In this document: positions 30,595 to 43,775 of the stretch, in pieces
Layout: the number at the start of each line of letters is the position of its first letter
How positions within the stretch are numbered: position 1 is the first letter of the stretch
Source of the DNA: the human T2T-CHM13v2.0 reference genome, Homo sapiens
Assembly: GCF_009914755.1 (NCBI RefSeq)
Contig: NC_060933.1
Strand: one strand, 5' to 3'
Length of the DNA stretch: 64,000 nt
Program-made: the position numbers and the translations under genes
The notes under the pieces: model-generated
Databases searched by the model: none
What the model saw: the letters and a program-made list of their open reading frames with translations, nothing else
Told to the model about the DNA's origin: nothing

Positions 30595-32452
30595 CTAAGT
30601 AATAATTCTCATATTCACTTTTCTTTCCTCCACATATCACCTGCTCTAAAGCATCATTTACCACCACAAAATACTCCTTCTCTATGCATATTTCATACAG
30701 TTTTTACTCTCTTTCCCACTAAACTCCTTCTTTCTCATTTGTGTATTATGTGGATATACTTAACCTTTCCAGCAAAGAACTTTTCATCATCATCTCTCCT
30801 TTCTTCCAGGCTCTGATTCTAGAACAGGCAAAGATTAAAATGACAGAAAATTGGACCAACAATGATCAGCATTCTCATTGGTGGGAAGAGGGAGAGGGAT
30901 ATCTGTAAACATCCCCATGTTAATAATTTGTATTTTTATCCTATCACATATGGATATAAAAATAGAAATATTTTGTTCCATATTCTGTATTGATCGCAGG
31001 CCAGTGTGTGGATTTGTTCACAGATAACTGAATGTTTGCAGAATAATAAGATATTGTACCTACAAACTAACAATTATTACTTTCCTTATTTATAACTGTG
31101 TCCCATGAGTGTGTTAATAGTGATAAGATATATTCTAATCCCAAACTGCTTTTTAAAATAAGTGTTATATTTCAAGAACAGGCTTTTGGAGTCCATGCAA
31201 ATTTTAAATGCCTATTCTATTCTTCTGATGGCACATTTTGTGAGAAATCAGGAACTAACTGAGATAAATGTTTATTTGGATACACAGTCATTGTGTGTGT
31301 CCATGCACCTCTATGACAAATGCTGGTTGGCCTCCCATTGTGTCACTTGAAGAAACTTGAGATCTTTATGCTGAACAAGTGAAACTTTCAAAATGGATCT
31401 GATGAAAACCAAACATGGGATTTTGTTTCATAATCTTTTTAGTTAAGTGTTAACCAGGAACAGAGTGTATCTTATTATGCAAGCAGATGGAACAATATCA
31501 TCACTGTTATTTTTTCAAACAAGTTCAAACATTAATTACTGTGTGTACCATTTCATTGGTGTCATATTATACAAAGTATTTGTTACTAGATTACAACAAC
31601 CATATTAGACTCTTGAATTATTAGCCTTTGTTTGAGAGATGTGTATATTGGGTACCTGCTATACAAATGGCTCTAAGGTAGGTGCTGACAGGGAGGGGGC
31701 ATCATGGATAGGTGTTGGGCAAGAAACTAACCCTCAAAAGATCCTAAAAATCTATGAAGCTGATGAAACATTCCCACAGATAATTATACAACTGAGTGGT
31801 AATTGTTAAGAGCCTTCAGAGAAGTTTAGAAAAAGTATTGAGAAAATTTTAAGAGAGGGATGACTTAGAGATGGAAGGATCAAAGAAAGCTTATGGAAGA
31901 GGAGGCAGTTGACCTTGGCGTTAATCAATGGGCCATATTTGGATATGTAGAAACTCAAAACAAAGACATTTCAGGAGAAGGGAATCTTAACAAAAGCAGA
32001 AGATATTTACGTCTGGGATGGTGTTATTTGGTTGTGCTAAATGGAAAAGGAGCACTAGAACATATGGTTGAAAAGATAGTTTGGATCTTCTTAACACAGG
32101 GAACTTATTCAGAAAGAGGTAGGGACTCAAGACAATGACAAGCAGATGGGCTAGATCTCTAGAAGTTTGGAGGAGCAACAGAAGGCTATCTAGGCAGAGG
32201 GACAGCAGGCACACAGATGAGCAGCCGTGGGAGGAAGTTGAGTGTCCTGGGAATAGTGAGAAGTCGTTATGGCCACAATGTGTAAAGAATGAGAGAGCCC
32301 ACAAGACAAGGCTAGAAAGGAAGTTTGCAGACACATCCTGAAGGGAACTATATGCCATGCTGGGGAGTTTGGTGTTTATTTTCTAAAGACACAAGGAACC
32401 AACAGAGGGTTTATGACTCAAGTAACTGTGGGCAGGATGGAGCACAGGCTGG

Positions 32453-32653
32453 CAGGGGTCGGCAAAATTTTTGTATAAATGGCCAGATTTTAACTATTTT
32501 AGACTTTGTGGACCATATAGTCTTTGTCACACATTAATTGTTTTCTTTCTCTTTTCTCTTTCCTTCCCCCATCTTTTCCTCCCTCTCTTTCTTCTTCTCC
32601 TTCCTCTTCTTTTTTCTTCCTTCTCCTTCCCCTTCTCTTCTTCTTCTTCTTCC

Positions 32654-32684
<31 letters not shown>

Positions 32685-32790
32685 AGAAACAACCCTTTAC
32701 AAGTGTAAAACCACTCTTAGCTCCTCTGGCCATACAGAAACAGGCTCAGGCTGTCTTTGGCCCTCTGGCCACAGTTTGCAGTCTTCTAGA
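32453..32790. mobile_element. MER58-type hAT DNA transposon with internal CT/CTT-rich expansion
   Basis: caggggtcggcaaa terminus, ggccagat...ttagactttgtgg, and a matching far end ccacagtttgc. Confidence 0.75.
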
Positions 32791-33406
32791 CTAGAGCAAG
32801 AAGACAGAAGTGTTAGGTAAAATAAAAAGCAAGGCTGTTGTGCAGAGAGCAGAGGAGGGCCTGGACTAAGGCCTTGGTGACAGAAATGGTGGTGAGGAGA
32901 TGGATGAGATATATCTGAAGTAGAATGATTTACTGTCAGTGAGTGTTTGGCTGTAAGAAAGTAGGAAGAAAAGAACAAGTCAGGTGTGATTCTCAGGCCT
33001 GTGGCTTGAGAGACTAGGTAGCAGTGCTGCTGTTATTTGGCATGGAGACTGTGGAATAGTTTTGATAGAAGAAGCTGGAGTCAGTTTGGAAGCTGCTGAG
33101 TTTGATGGGTTCGTGGCACATCCAGATAAAGGGCACCTGGAGCCTGGTGGCTCTATGGGCCTGATGCACAGTTTCTTCCCATCCAGGAAGACTGTGAAGA
33201 AACCAGTTTGGAAGTATGAGGTGTCACAAGAGTCTATAGGACAGGAAAGAGCTGTCCTTAGCAACCCCAGACTGGCAGCAAGAGTTGGGATGAATTAGAA
33301 AGGATACAAGACTGAGAGACAGGGGCAAGGGGAGGGGGAGACCAGGTAGGAAGCTCTTCCAACAATCTAGGGAAGAGGAAGTGAATGTCTTACATTGACC
33401 AGTAGC

Positions 33407-33482
33407 AATGGAACAAAAAGAAGACAACAGATGGGAAAGGTATTAATGGAACAAAAAGAAGACAACAGATGGGAAAGGTATT
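33407..33482. repeat. Perfect 38-bp tandem duplication
   Basis: aatggaacaaaaagaagacaacagatgggaaaggtatt x2 (33407-33444, 33445-33482). Confidence 0.97.
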
Positions 33483-34198
33483 GTGGGCAGCAGGACTTGG
33501 CACTCTGTGCATGGAAGATGAAAGAGGCCTTCTGCGATCATTGTCTTCAAATTCCAGTGTCCTATGTGATGTTACTTCTGTCTTGTTCTTTTCTTAGTTC
33601 TTATTTTAGGTACCTAGTTTAGTGACTGAAGTACTCACAGGGCACATAATATGAATGCTCCCATGCTTTTTCAATTGTTGAAAATATTCTGTTGTATAGT
33701 ACAGTGGAGGATAGCCATGACCCACCTATGAAAACCTTTGTGGAAATGTAGAGAAAACGAAAACACTTGATGAAAGAGGTTTTTTCATTTATTTAAAATT
33801 TTGGACCTGGAACACATTTTAACCAAGGGTTTGTAAATTGTCTGTCAGCCTGGGAAGCCCTCAGTCAAGGTAGTTTGCATGTTGCCAGCCTCCATGAAAT
33901 TCTTCACACTAAGATCTAAAGTCTCTTGTGCCCTTATTTTAGCAGATCTTCCTTAAATGTGTGAGTGCCATTGAGATATAGCAACCGTGCATCTGTCTTC
34001 CAAGTGCATTAAACTGCTGTGTTACAATACAGATATAACCATCTTTATTCACAGTGCGCACCTCACTCTAACACTCAAGATGCTTGGCAGTTAGAATAGA
34101 AAGGGCACAAAACCTTTTTTTTTGTCTGTTTGGCAATTAACCATTCACTGGCTTTTTTTGTTGTAACATGCACTTCCTTTCTCTTGTTTTCATTCAAG

Positions 34199-34938
34199 CT
34201 GTGTACGCCATGGAAATTAATGTGGAGAAAGACAAACAAACAGGAGAGACCAAGATTCTCTCTACATCTACCATTGGCCCAGAGGGGGTCCATCAGAAAG
34301 GAGTCAAAGTCTATGATGATGGTACCAAAGTAGTGTATGAGGTGCGCTCAGGAGGCACCGTAGTAGAAAATGGAGTGCACAAATTAAGCACAAAGGATGT
34401 AGAAGAGCTTATTCAGAAGGCTGGACAATCAAGCTTAGGAGGAGGGCACGTGTCTGAAAGGACTGTGATTGCAGATGGGAGCCTCAGCCATCCCAAGGAA
34501 CACATGCTCTGCAAAGAAGCTAAGTTAGAAATGGTACATAAGTCTAGGAAAGACCATTCTTCCGGGAACCCAGGGCAGCAGGCCCAAGCCCCCAGCGCTG
34601 CAGGGCCGGAGGCAAACTTGGATCAGCCCGTCACCATGATTTTTATGGGCTACCAAAATATCGAGGATGAAGAGGAGACGAAAAAGGTGCTAGGCTATGA
34701 TGAAACCATCAAGGCTGAATTGGTCCTCATTGATGAAGATGATGAGAAGTCATTGAGGGAGAAGACAGTGACGGACGTGTCCACTATTGACGGGAACGCG
34801 GCTGAGCTTGTGTCCGGGAGGCCGGTCTCAGACACCACAGAGCCCTCATCCCCAGAAGGGAAGGAAGAGAGCCTAGCTACAGAGCCAGCCCCAGGTACCC
34901 AAAAGAAAAAGCGCTGTCAATGCTGTGTTGTCATGTGA
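34199..34938 (+). CDS. PALM2: Paralemmin-2 terminal coding exon (AVYAMEINVEKDKQTGETK...PVTMIFMGYQ...KKKRCQCCVVM*)
   Basis: Lies within ORF 34168-34938. Acceptor ttttcattcaag|CT (phase 1). Contains paralemmin-family motifs (MEINVEKDKQTGETKILS, PVTMIFMGYQ) and a C-terminal polybasic + Cys + CaaX (CVVM) lipidation signal. TGA at 34936-34938. Confidence 0.97.
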
Positions 34939-37918
34939 CCACTTCTTTCTTCTCCTTTCTTCTGGGCAGCCTGTACTCTCCACCACTCACGTAGACCTCA
35001 CTGTACCACTAACTGCAATACTGTGAACTGGAAGCAAACACCTGCCTTGCCTTGCAGTTGAATTGCTTTGATCTCTCTCATTTTTTTTCCTTTTCCTCAC
35101 CTGAGAGACAACGTGCATGTGTGTGCTTCATTCTCTCCAAGAACTTGCTTTTCCTCTAAACCTTTCCTTGTGTCTTCAAGAGTGAATCACTTCCTTCCTG
35201 CTCGATTGGAATGGACTCTTCGTATCAGCCAGTGATATGGTAGCCTTAACTCACTTGACTGGAATTGAACCCATTGGCACTGGGGGTTTCATTTTGTAGT
35301 GTGTTCCTGTAACGTAGTCACACACTGCCATGTCTCTGGTTTCTCACTTGCCTCCTTTGCTGTGGATCTTTGTTTTTATATCTTGTGTGGCAAAATGCTG
35401 TTGGCTCTAGCCGGTTGCTAGTGTAGCCAAAAGTGGACCTTACTTAGTCTGTCCGATCTAGGGTGATGCTTTTTGCTGCCTTACATAAGCTTCCAGATTA
35501 CAGTATTGTGCATTCATGGCTTTCTTTCTGTTAAAACTGAAATGAAGTCAATGTAGAAGAACCCAGAGCTTGTCACAGCTGAAATGTAGGGACTGATTCC
35601 ATAACCTGCCCATCAGCGGTTGTCTCTCTTTCTATGGTTTAACCGATGAACCCTTTATATAAGAAGCACCATTTTAAAATTTCTAAGGACATGAAACAAA
35701 CATTGTTTGAAGCAGCAGTAGCAATTGATCTCCAAACTTAGGCAAATTCACAAGCCTTGTTTCTATTCTCTTAAAAAAATGTAAATTTTTATATTGTTTC
35801 TTTTTTCTGGATATTTTCTGGTCATGTTAATCTATTTTCAATGAGGAGATCATCTTGAGAAGTATCTTTGCAGTGACCATATTTCTAAAACAGTCTGTCC
35901 AACCTACAATGGTTGCCATGATGCTCCCACTTCATCATGGATGGTGCTGTAATGCATTAACTGTTCATCTCCTCCCCAGTTGATTACAAAGCCTTGCATC
36001 CATACTCTTTTCTTTCTGGCCCCATGAGAAAGAGAATGTTTTAGGTAACTTCAACTTGTAGGTTTATCTGCCCTTCAAAAAAAAAAACTTTAAAAAACTT
36101 TTAAAAATTAAGAAAGACCTATCTTCTCAATGTTAAGCACTTAATTTCATAACAAATATTAAGTGGCACATAGCTGAGCTTCTTAGGGCATTGTTTTGTT
36201 TTTAGCTTCTGGAGATTCCAGAAGAGCAAAGAATATTTTTTATCTAGAACACAATGAACAGTTTTTGAAATACCTTCTCAGCACTCCCCCAAAGCAAAAA
36301 GCCACATATGTAGTAAAACCAAAGGGAAACAATTTAATAAAATAACAATAGTATAGTAATGAAATAAAGATATAACATGATTACTGGTTTTAATAAGAGT
36401 TATCTTAACTTTAAGTTATTTGCCCATTTATAGCATTGTTATGAATTATTCATAAAATTATGTCCCACAGTATATAGTTTTGAAAAAACATATGATATAC
36501 TACATCCAGTCTAACTTCTGTGGAAAGTAGATCAGAAAAAATAAGATAGTCTTGAGAGAATTTTATTATAGAAGCTGTCTAATTTGACCTATTTTGCTTG
36601 CTCAGTGCTAAATCTATTGCTTTTTTTTAATCTCCTGGCTTGAAATTATATTTACTTCAATAGGAAAGGTAAAAACATCAGTTTTTACTTTTCAAAGTTA
36701 ATTTTCTGAAATAATTGCATTTTAATGAGCACAAAATGGGTCATTTTATTTTTATTATACTCATCTTGTTTACACCTATACATAAACAGAAAACGTTAAA
36801 GAAGAGAAAAATAAAGGAGCTAAGTTCTGCTGTTGAAGATTATTTCATCCAAGGCTTGGTTTTGAATAACTGAGGGAAATATCTCTAAATCTCAAGTTCA
36901 TCAAAGCAGCTGCAATGGAATAAAATTGCTATTTTATCGAGAAACCTGGTTTGGATGCTTATAAATTCCACTACTCTCAGCTTCATTTTCCTGAGTACGT
37001 GGTCACTGAAGCATCATTTAGACATTACATAAACTGGCATGCAGATAAACCTATTTACATAGAGGGAGAAAACAGTTTCAATGTCTTGGACAATCTGTTA
37101 TTTTAATGATTTACTTAAGAAAGAAACAATCTGAAAGCTTACCATAGCTTATCTTTTCTACTCACTTGGAGATTCAAGCTATTCAATGTGAGTTTTAAAA
37201 AGTTAAGCACAGTTAGTGAGTGAAATGGTAGAATGTAGAACCTTTAAGCTTGCTGGTTGATAAACAGAATCAATCTTCCAGGACAGATAATTCCCTGAAG
37301 GGACCTATCCTTGCATAAGTGAACTAGTTACTCATACAGAAAATGATCTGCACATCTTACTACAACACTACACACAAGAACTAAAAGATTAATGATTATC
37401 TGTATTCTCTTCACTAATTACTATTATGGGGGAATAATGATTAGCAAATTATATGAATTCGAGTTCTCTCTATACTTTTATTAGTAAAGCTTATCATTTA
37501 ATGGACTGAAGTAAGATGTGTTACCTTTATTCGAGCTATTTGTAGCCACACTAAATGAAGGTGTGTTTGAATATGGCGCATATATTTGCATATGTCCCAT
37601 CATTTTCTTGTCATAATGGGGAATTCAGGCTTAGCCAGTACTTCTATGGGATGAGACCTATAATCCCACCTATAGCAGCAAGTAACTACCCTTCATGATG
37701 ATAGTGTACATGGAGCTGTGATTATGAACATGCTGCCTTTCCTGCTGCCATTGGCATTCTCTCTGTAAATTTTATTATGTGTGGTATCACACTCTCCAAA
37801 AATGCAGGGTATTTGGTTACATAACCAAACTAATTAAAGAATCAGTAATGAAATTGCAAAACCATGATCTTTTTTGAGCTAATGATTAGTTGGGCTTTCC
37901 TTTAAAATAATATAATCA

Positions 37919-38225
<307 letters not shown>

Positions 38226-41200
38226 TCATATAATCAGTTCCCTTTTAAATAGAAAGAGGAGGAAAAAAAAAAGGAAAAGGGGGGGTATCTCATTTGTATA
38301 CAAATAGATTTTCAATGGCATTTAATAAAAGATTCTTTAATGGTTAAAATGATAAAGATTAATTCTACATATCTTGAAAAATCTTAATGACTTCTGTATT
38401 CTTGACTTCTTAAAAATATTTTCTTTCTTTTAGTGTGCAATAAGACAAACTAAGGGGAATTTTTTCAGCTTGTATCTCTTTTACCCATATTATTTTCCTT
38501 GCATAAGCAAAAAAATAATAATTGCCTCTAAAACTGATTTGACAGTGTTCAGTGACATCATTTAATATTGGTGATGGGGTGGAAGAGAAGGTAGGGAATG
38601 CCCTTATGGCCAAACCTAAAACACAGTTTCCTTGAGCCTTCTGAGCAATCTTAGAATTATTCAGAAGCTTTCAGGAAACTCAAATTCTATTAATTTGATT
38701 TGGTTCCTTTCCAAAATGTTAATAGACATGTATTTGCTTAAAACGTCTACCTATTCCATTTAATTTCCTGCTGATAAATGTATTTTATCTACAAGCAAGT
38801 AGAATATTTTGTTTTGGTTAAAGTCAAGTTTTTATAAAAGGAGGGGAAGTATAAGAGAGAGTTTCCTAGAGATACAATATCATCTCTGGAGCAAAATGTT
38901 GAGGCCAAGTGTAAAAACAGACTATTTCTCTTTACTTCCTGCAGAATTTCATTTCAAGGGACCACAGCACACCCTTGAAAATTACCATTTATTTAATGCC
39001 AGTTGAACCAATGGGTAGCAAAAGAGGAGGGAGGGAACATGGTCATAGAGACAAAATCTAACTACTATACCAGGTCTTCCTTTGTAAGAAATATTAGCCC
39101 TGCCAATATAAAACGCAGATGGACATAGACAGAATAAGCATCGAGGACTTTTTCTTATTTACTTGAAATCTAGAAGCTCAGTCATCTCTGCTCATCCCTG
39201 GACCCACTGGAGAGTTTTACTCACTAACAGGTCCTTTCCTGGAAGAAATAACCTCATCTCCTGCCATATTAGTTTACAATAAAAATCATTCCAAAGTGAG
39301 CCATTTCACATTGCATTTTTGCCACATGCACATTTGCTATTGAAACCACAGATTCTCAGCATAAGTAAGACATAGGTGTTTCAGAAACTTCATAAATACA
39401 CGATCTTTCAGGTGCTCCTCAATTTCTTAATCAAGGTATATTGAACTCCAGTGATTAGGATAGAACCTGAAAACATCCTTTGTTCTATTGGATAGTACAA
39501 CACAGCAAGAGCACACAGTTATTTGTATAATAAAACAACTTAATTAATGAGGAAGATGGGATGTTTGATTCCTGCTACCACCAGTTCACTTCACAAAGGC
39601 CTTCTTCTGGTATTACCAGGAAAACTTTCCTGCATTTTCTAGGGAAAAAGAAAAGTCGTTTATTAGGAGCACAATGCAGATATGTATCTGTGTTTTCATA
39701 GCTTCAGCAAACTTCTTAGTAAAATTCCCATTTCAACAAAAACCAAAATACTGATTGTTTGAATGTAGAAAGGTATAGAATAAAGACTACAAAGGGGAAT
39801 TTTACCAGGGCTCCTTAGACCAGCTTCCCCAGCATAATTTTTATATAACTCAAGTAAGCCTCTGCTTCCCCTCTCCTTTCCAGTATAATATAAGAAGGTC
39901 GGAACTGTCGCACAAAAGAACTTGATTTCAATATGAAAATATAATATGTAATTTTGGGGACTGCAGACTTTCTGCATCAAAGATCTGGACAGCCTTAACT
40001 TTTATAAAAATAATTTTTCAATGTTCTCTTTTACTAACCAGGAAAACAAGATGTTTTCTGAAATTAATGACTTTTTCTATTTTGGGTCTGTTTTCTAAGT
40101 TTTTACAGGTTGAGGTATAAAGGGTCGTCTTCTCCTCATATTGCCTCTTCATAATCACCTGGGGCTATTTTTTGCAAGTCACTGCATTTTTACAAAAAAT
40201 AAAAATAAAAAGTACATCTCACAAATCATAAAATTCTCCCTAGACTTCAGACAGTCCTTCTGGAGTGAAAGAATAGAAATACAGAAAGAAAAGAATTACA
40301 GGGTGGCTTTCTTTTTATTTTCCTATGGTTAATGTACTGTATGGTATATATGTTTACAGAATGTATCTGCCTTGTGATGTTAACAAAATGAATGACAAAA
40401 AATAGTACTGATGTGCCATTTGACAGTTTGCCTTAGCATCACTGTTTATGTTCTTCTTTTCTGTCCTTTTTGGTAAAAAAAAACGCAGGTTGTATTCCAA
40501 AGCTGTATTAACACAACATTCTCTTCCCCACTCCTACCCAGCCTTCTTCAGAGCTGTGAATTTCATTACAGGAGCATTGAGGCAGAACCTTGCAGGTGTG
40601 GCCCAAAGGGGCTAAAGTGGGCATAGGTTGGGATTTACTTCTGCCCGTCTACCAACCAAACACGTATCTGTGTTCTCATATAAGCCTGCAAAATTTTACA
40701 CCCTGCCTTTCAGGGAGACAGGCCACATGGAGCGCATGACCTCTTGTAGTCGTCTCCTCACAGTCCTTCCCACTGTGAGAGAAGGAAACTTGCAGACCCC
40801 CAACTGGATCTGGGAGCATATTTTTAAGCACAGTTGGCATTGCTTGAAAAAGCAAGAGAGATGGACTCAAATTCTATGATTGAGCCATGACTGAGGAATG
40901 TGCCCATTCGTTATAGTCGAAGATGAGTAGGATGATATGGGTGAGAATAGGAGTGGCTGTAGAAATGGAATATTTTACAGTTATGTATTTTTTTAAGGAA
41001 TAGTATTTTTATAATGAAATCTATATACATTATGGAGCTTGAGTTGGAAAACACCCTTGACTGAGCTATTTCTTCATTCCATTAAAGGTAACTTTCTGGG
41101 GAGTCCTATAGCACTAGGCCAAGCCTTGGGGGCATGAACAAAGGGCCTGTCACTTGGCCTTGCACTGCCATTACATGAGATCCAGTGTTTCCAAATAGGC

Positions 41201-41515
41201 CTTGGTTGGAAGATTGAGCTTTCTATACCTGCCATTAGGTAGATTAGATAGATGGCTTGATAGCTCTCTGGGCTATACTTTTAATAATATATAATAATCT
41301 TTGGGAAGGAGATAGCTATTTTAAATGCAAGCAAAGCCCAGAAACTATCAAAGTCCAAATCTTTCACATATTTAAGGAGTAATTGCCACATTTGAGGTTA
41401 AGGGACCACTTACTATGGTGCATTTGAGAAATATATATGAAACGGTGAGTCAGAGCCCTCTGACCATCTTCAGTCTACACATAAGCAGATAAACCACCAA
41501 TGTAAATCTTATAGG

Positions 41516-41828
<313 letters not shown>

Positions 41829-42965
41829 TTATCAGTTGGCCTTCTACATAACACAGGGCTACACTGTATTTTTAGAGTTAAGTAGATACAGGAAAAGATT
41901 GTCTTTATCCATAAAGGAGATTCTGAATTTTTAGAGTTCCTGAATATTTTCCCCCAAGTTTCTGTCAAATTCCTGAAGTCCCTTCCCTATCACACTCAGT
42001 TTCCTGAAGCTCTTCCCCTACACCTGCTCCTCTGTCTGGCTAACAGAGTTGTCATGTCTCAGAAACTACTCACCACTCTTGTGAGACTCTCTTCCCAAGC
42101 ATCATCCTTCCTCAGGATGAGGCCTTTTTCTACTACCCAAGAGATCAAGACCCTTTTTCTAACAAGACAAGGTTATATCTACTCCATTTTCAAGAGAAAT
42201 AACCCCTCTGGTTCCCATGCAAATCGCTTAAATTCCTTCATCACCAGAATCTCTCCAACAGGCCCAACTCCAGCCCAGCTGTGAACACTGCTGTCATGGA
42301 GACAACTCCAAAAATGAAAGAACTATGCAATTGCCTGAAGGTGCTAATGGAGAGCCAGTTTACTCTAATCTCTTATTACTAAGGAACCTCTCGGTTTCGA
42401 GATTAAGTGGGCAGGGAGACATCCAGTCACTTAGTTTTGCAATGACAGGTCTTGATATACACAGAGGCCACCAGGCAATGCCTGATCCAAACTATTCTGT
42501 ATGTAGCTCCAACTCCAATTCTGTGATATCCTATTCTGGCAGGTGGGAAGAGTTCTATTCTTTGCAGGGTTCTGGAACATTCTTTCCTGCTCTCAAGCTC
42601 CTGACTTAGGAGAGTCAAAATCATACAGGGGTTCCAGAAAATGTTGTGTCTGATGCAGCTTCTCAGTGAATGTAGGTTGTTGGTGAAATTTTCAGCTTTA
42701 GCATCTCACTCGGGGTGAGTGATGTCTCTGTAAATACTTTCATTTGTGGTTGGTTGGTGGGGGTGGGGGTGGGAGCCTGTCGTGCTTACTCTGAATTAGC
42801 TTACTGGGCTAGCTGCTGTACTTTGTAACCTGAAGTGTACTTTGACTGTTCTGTTTCCTTCAGATGAAAAACAAAATAAAAACCGACTTCAGAAAAGACA
42901 CTACCAGCGACAGCTGATGCTGTACTTGTAGCTTCTCTCTGTTCCTCTGTACAGTATTAATAGAC

Positions 42966-43010
42966 AATAAACTGCCTTTTCACTGCATCTACCTCTGTGT
43001 GTCTGTGCCC
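42966..43010 (+). terminator. Distal cleavage/polyadenylation signal of PALM2
   Basis: AATAAA at 42966-42971, several upstream TGTA (CFIm-type) elements within 42815-42952, and downstream GU-rich ctctgtgtgtctgtg (~42993-43007). Cleavage expected near 42990. Confidence 0.8.
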
Positions 43011-43103
43011 TGATTCTTTCCCCTTCTCACCTGCCACTAGCGGACTTCAGGCCAGACCGTGTTGGGAGCACCTTCCGCTGTTCACTAAAACTAAACACTA
43101 ACC

Positions 43104-43282
43104 CAGTGCCTCTCAAACTCCAGTGTGCTTCAGAATCACCCGGGGGTACCTGTTAACAGTGTGGAAGCTTAGTCACACCTCTGGAACTCAGATTCCGATT
43201 CCCAGGTGGGGCCCAGTAGCATGCATTTGTAATAATGTCTCCAGGTGATTCTGATACATGTGGTACCTGGACCGCCGGTTTG
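43104..43282. mobile_element. MER5-type hAT MITE
   Basis: cagtgcctctcaaact...cagaatcacc...ccaggtgattctgat with internal inverted symmetry. Confidence 0.75.
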
Positions 43283-43567
43283 GGTGCCCCTTGGTGGGAA
43301 TCCTCATGGCCCACCTGTTGTAGTTGGTTTCTACACTAATCCAATCTCCCAACATGTCCTCCCTCTAACCCCCTTTGCACGTCTCTCTCCACAACTGTCA
43401 TCCTTTTCTTGTTCCTTGCAAGCTCCCAGCAGCAGCCCAGACTGTGATCAAACTTGGGCTGCCCCTTAGGCTAAGTGACAGGGTTCATCTGGTGCAGTCT
43501 GCTGTTTAAGAGCATCTGAAGACACGTGGGGACTTTGTTTCTCTTGTTCACCTCTCTTTACCTGGAA

Positions 43568-43775
43568 CAGGGTCAGCATAGTTTTTCAATAAATGGCCAG
43601 ATAGTTTTGGCTTTGTGGGCCAAATGATCTCTGTTACAACTACTCAGCTCTGCTGCAAAGCAGCCATGTATGACATTTAAATGAATGAGTATGGCCATGT
43701 TCTAATAAACTTTATTTACAAAAACAAATGCTGGGTCCGATTTGGCCTATGGGCTTATAATTTGCCAACCCCTGG
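43568..43775. mobile_element. MER58A-like hAT transposon
   Basis: cagggtcagca...gttacaactactcagctctgc...aataaactttatttacaaaaac...tttgccaacccctg. Confidence 0.8.

Noticed and set aside
32471-32820. Poly-Ser/Phe/Lys/Glu and hydrophobic ORFs (also 50074-50361, 7135-7338, 46456-46668)
   Set aside because: They are translations of low-complexity repeats.
34168-34198. ATG-initiated 256-aa single-exon ORF (MHFLSLVFIQ...)
   Set aside because: The first 10 codons are the polypyrimidine tract and acceptor of the terminal exon; the real exon starts at 34199.
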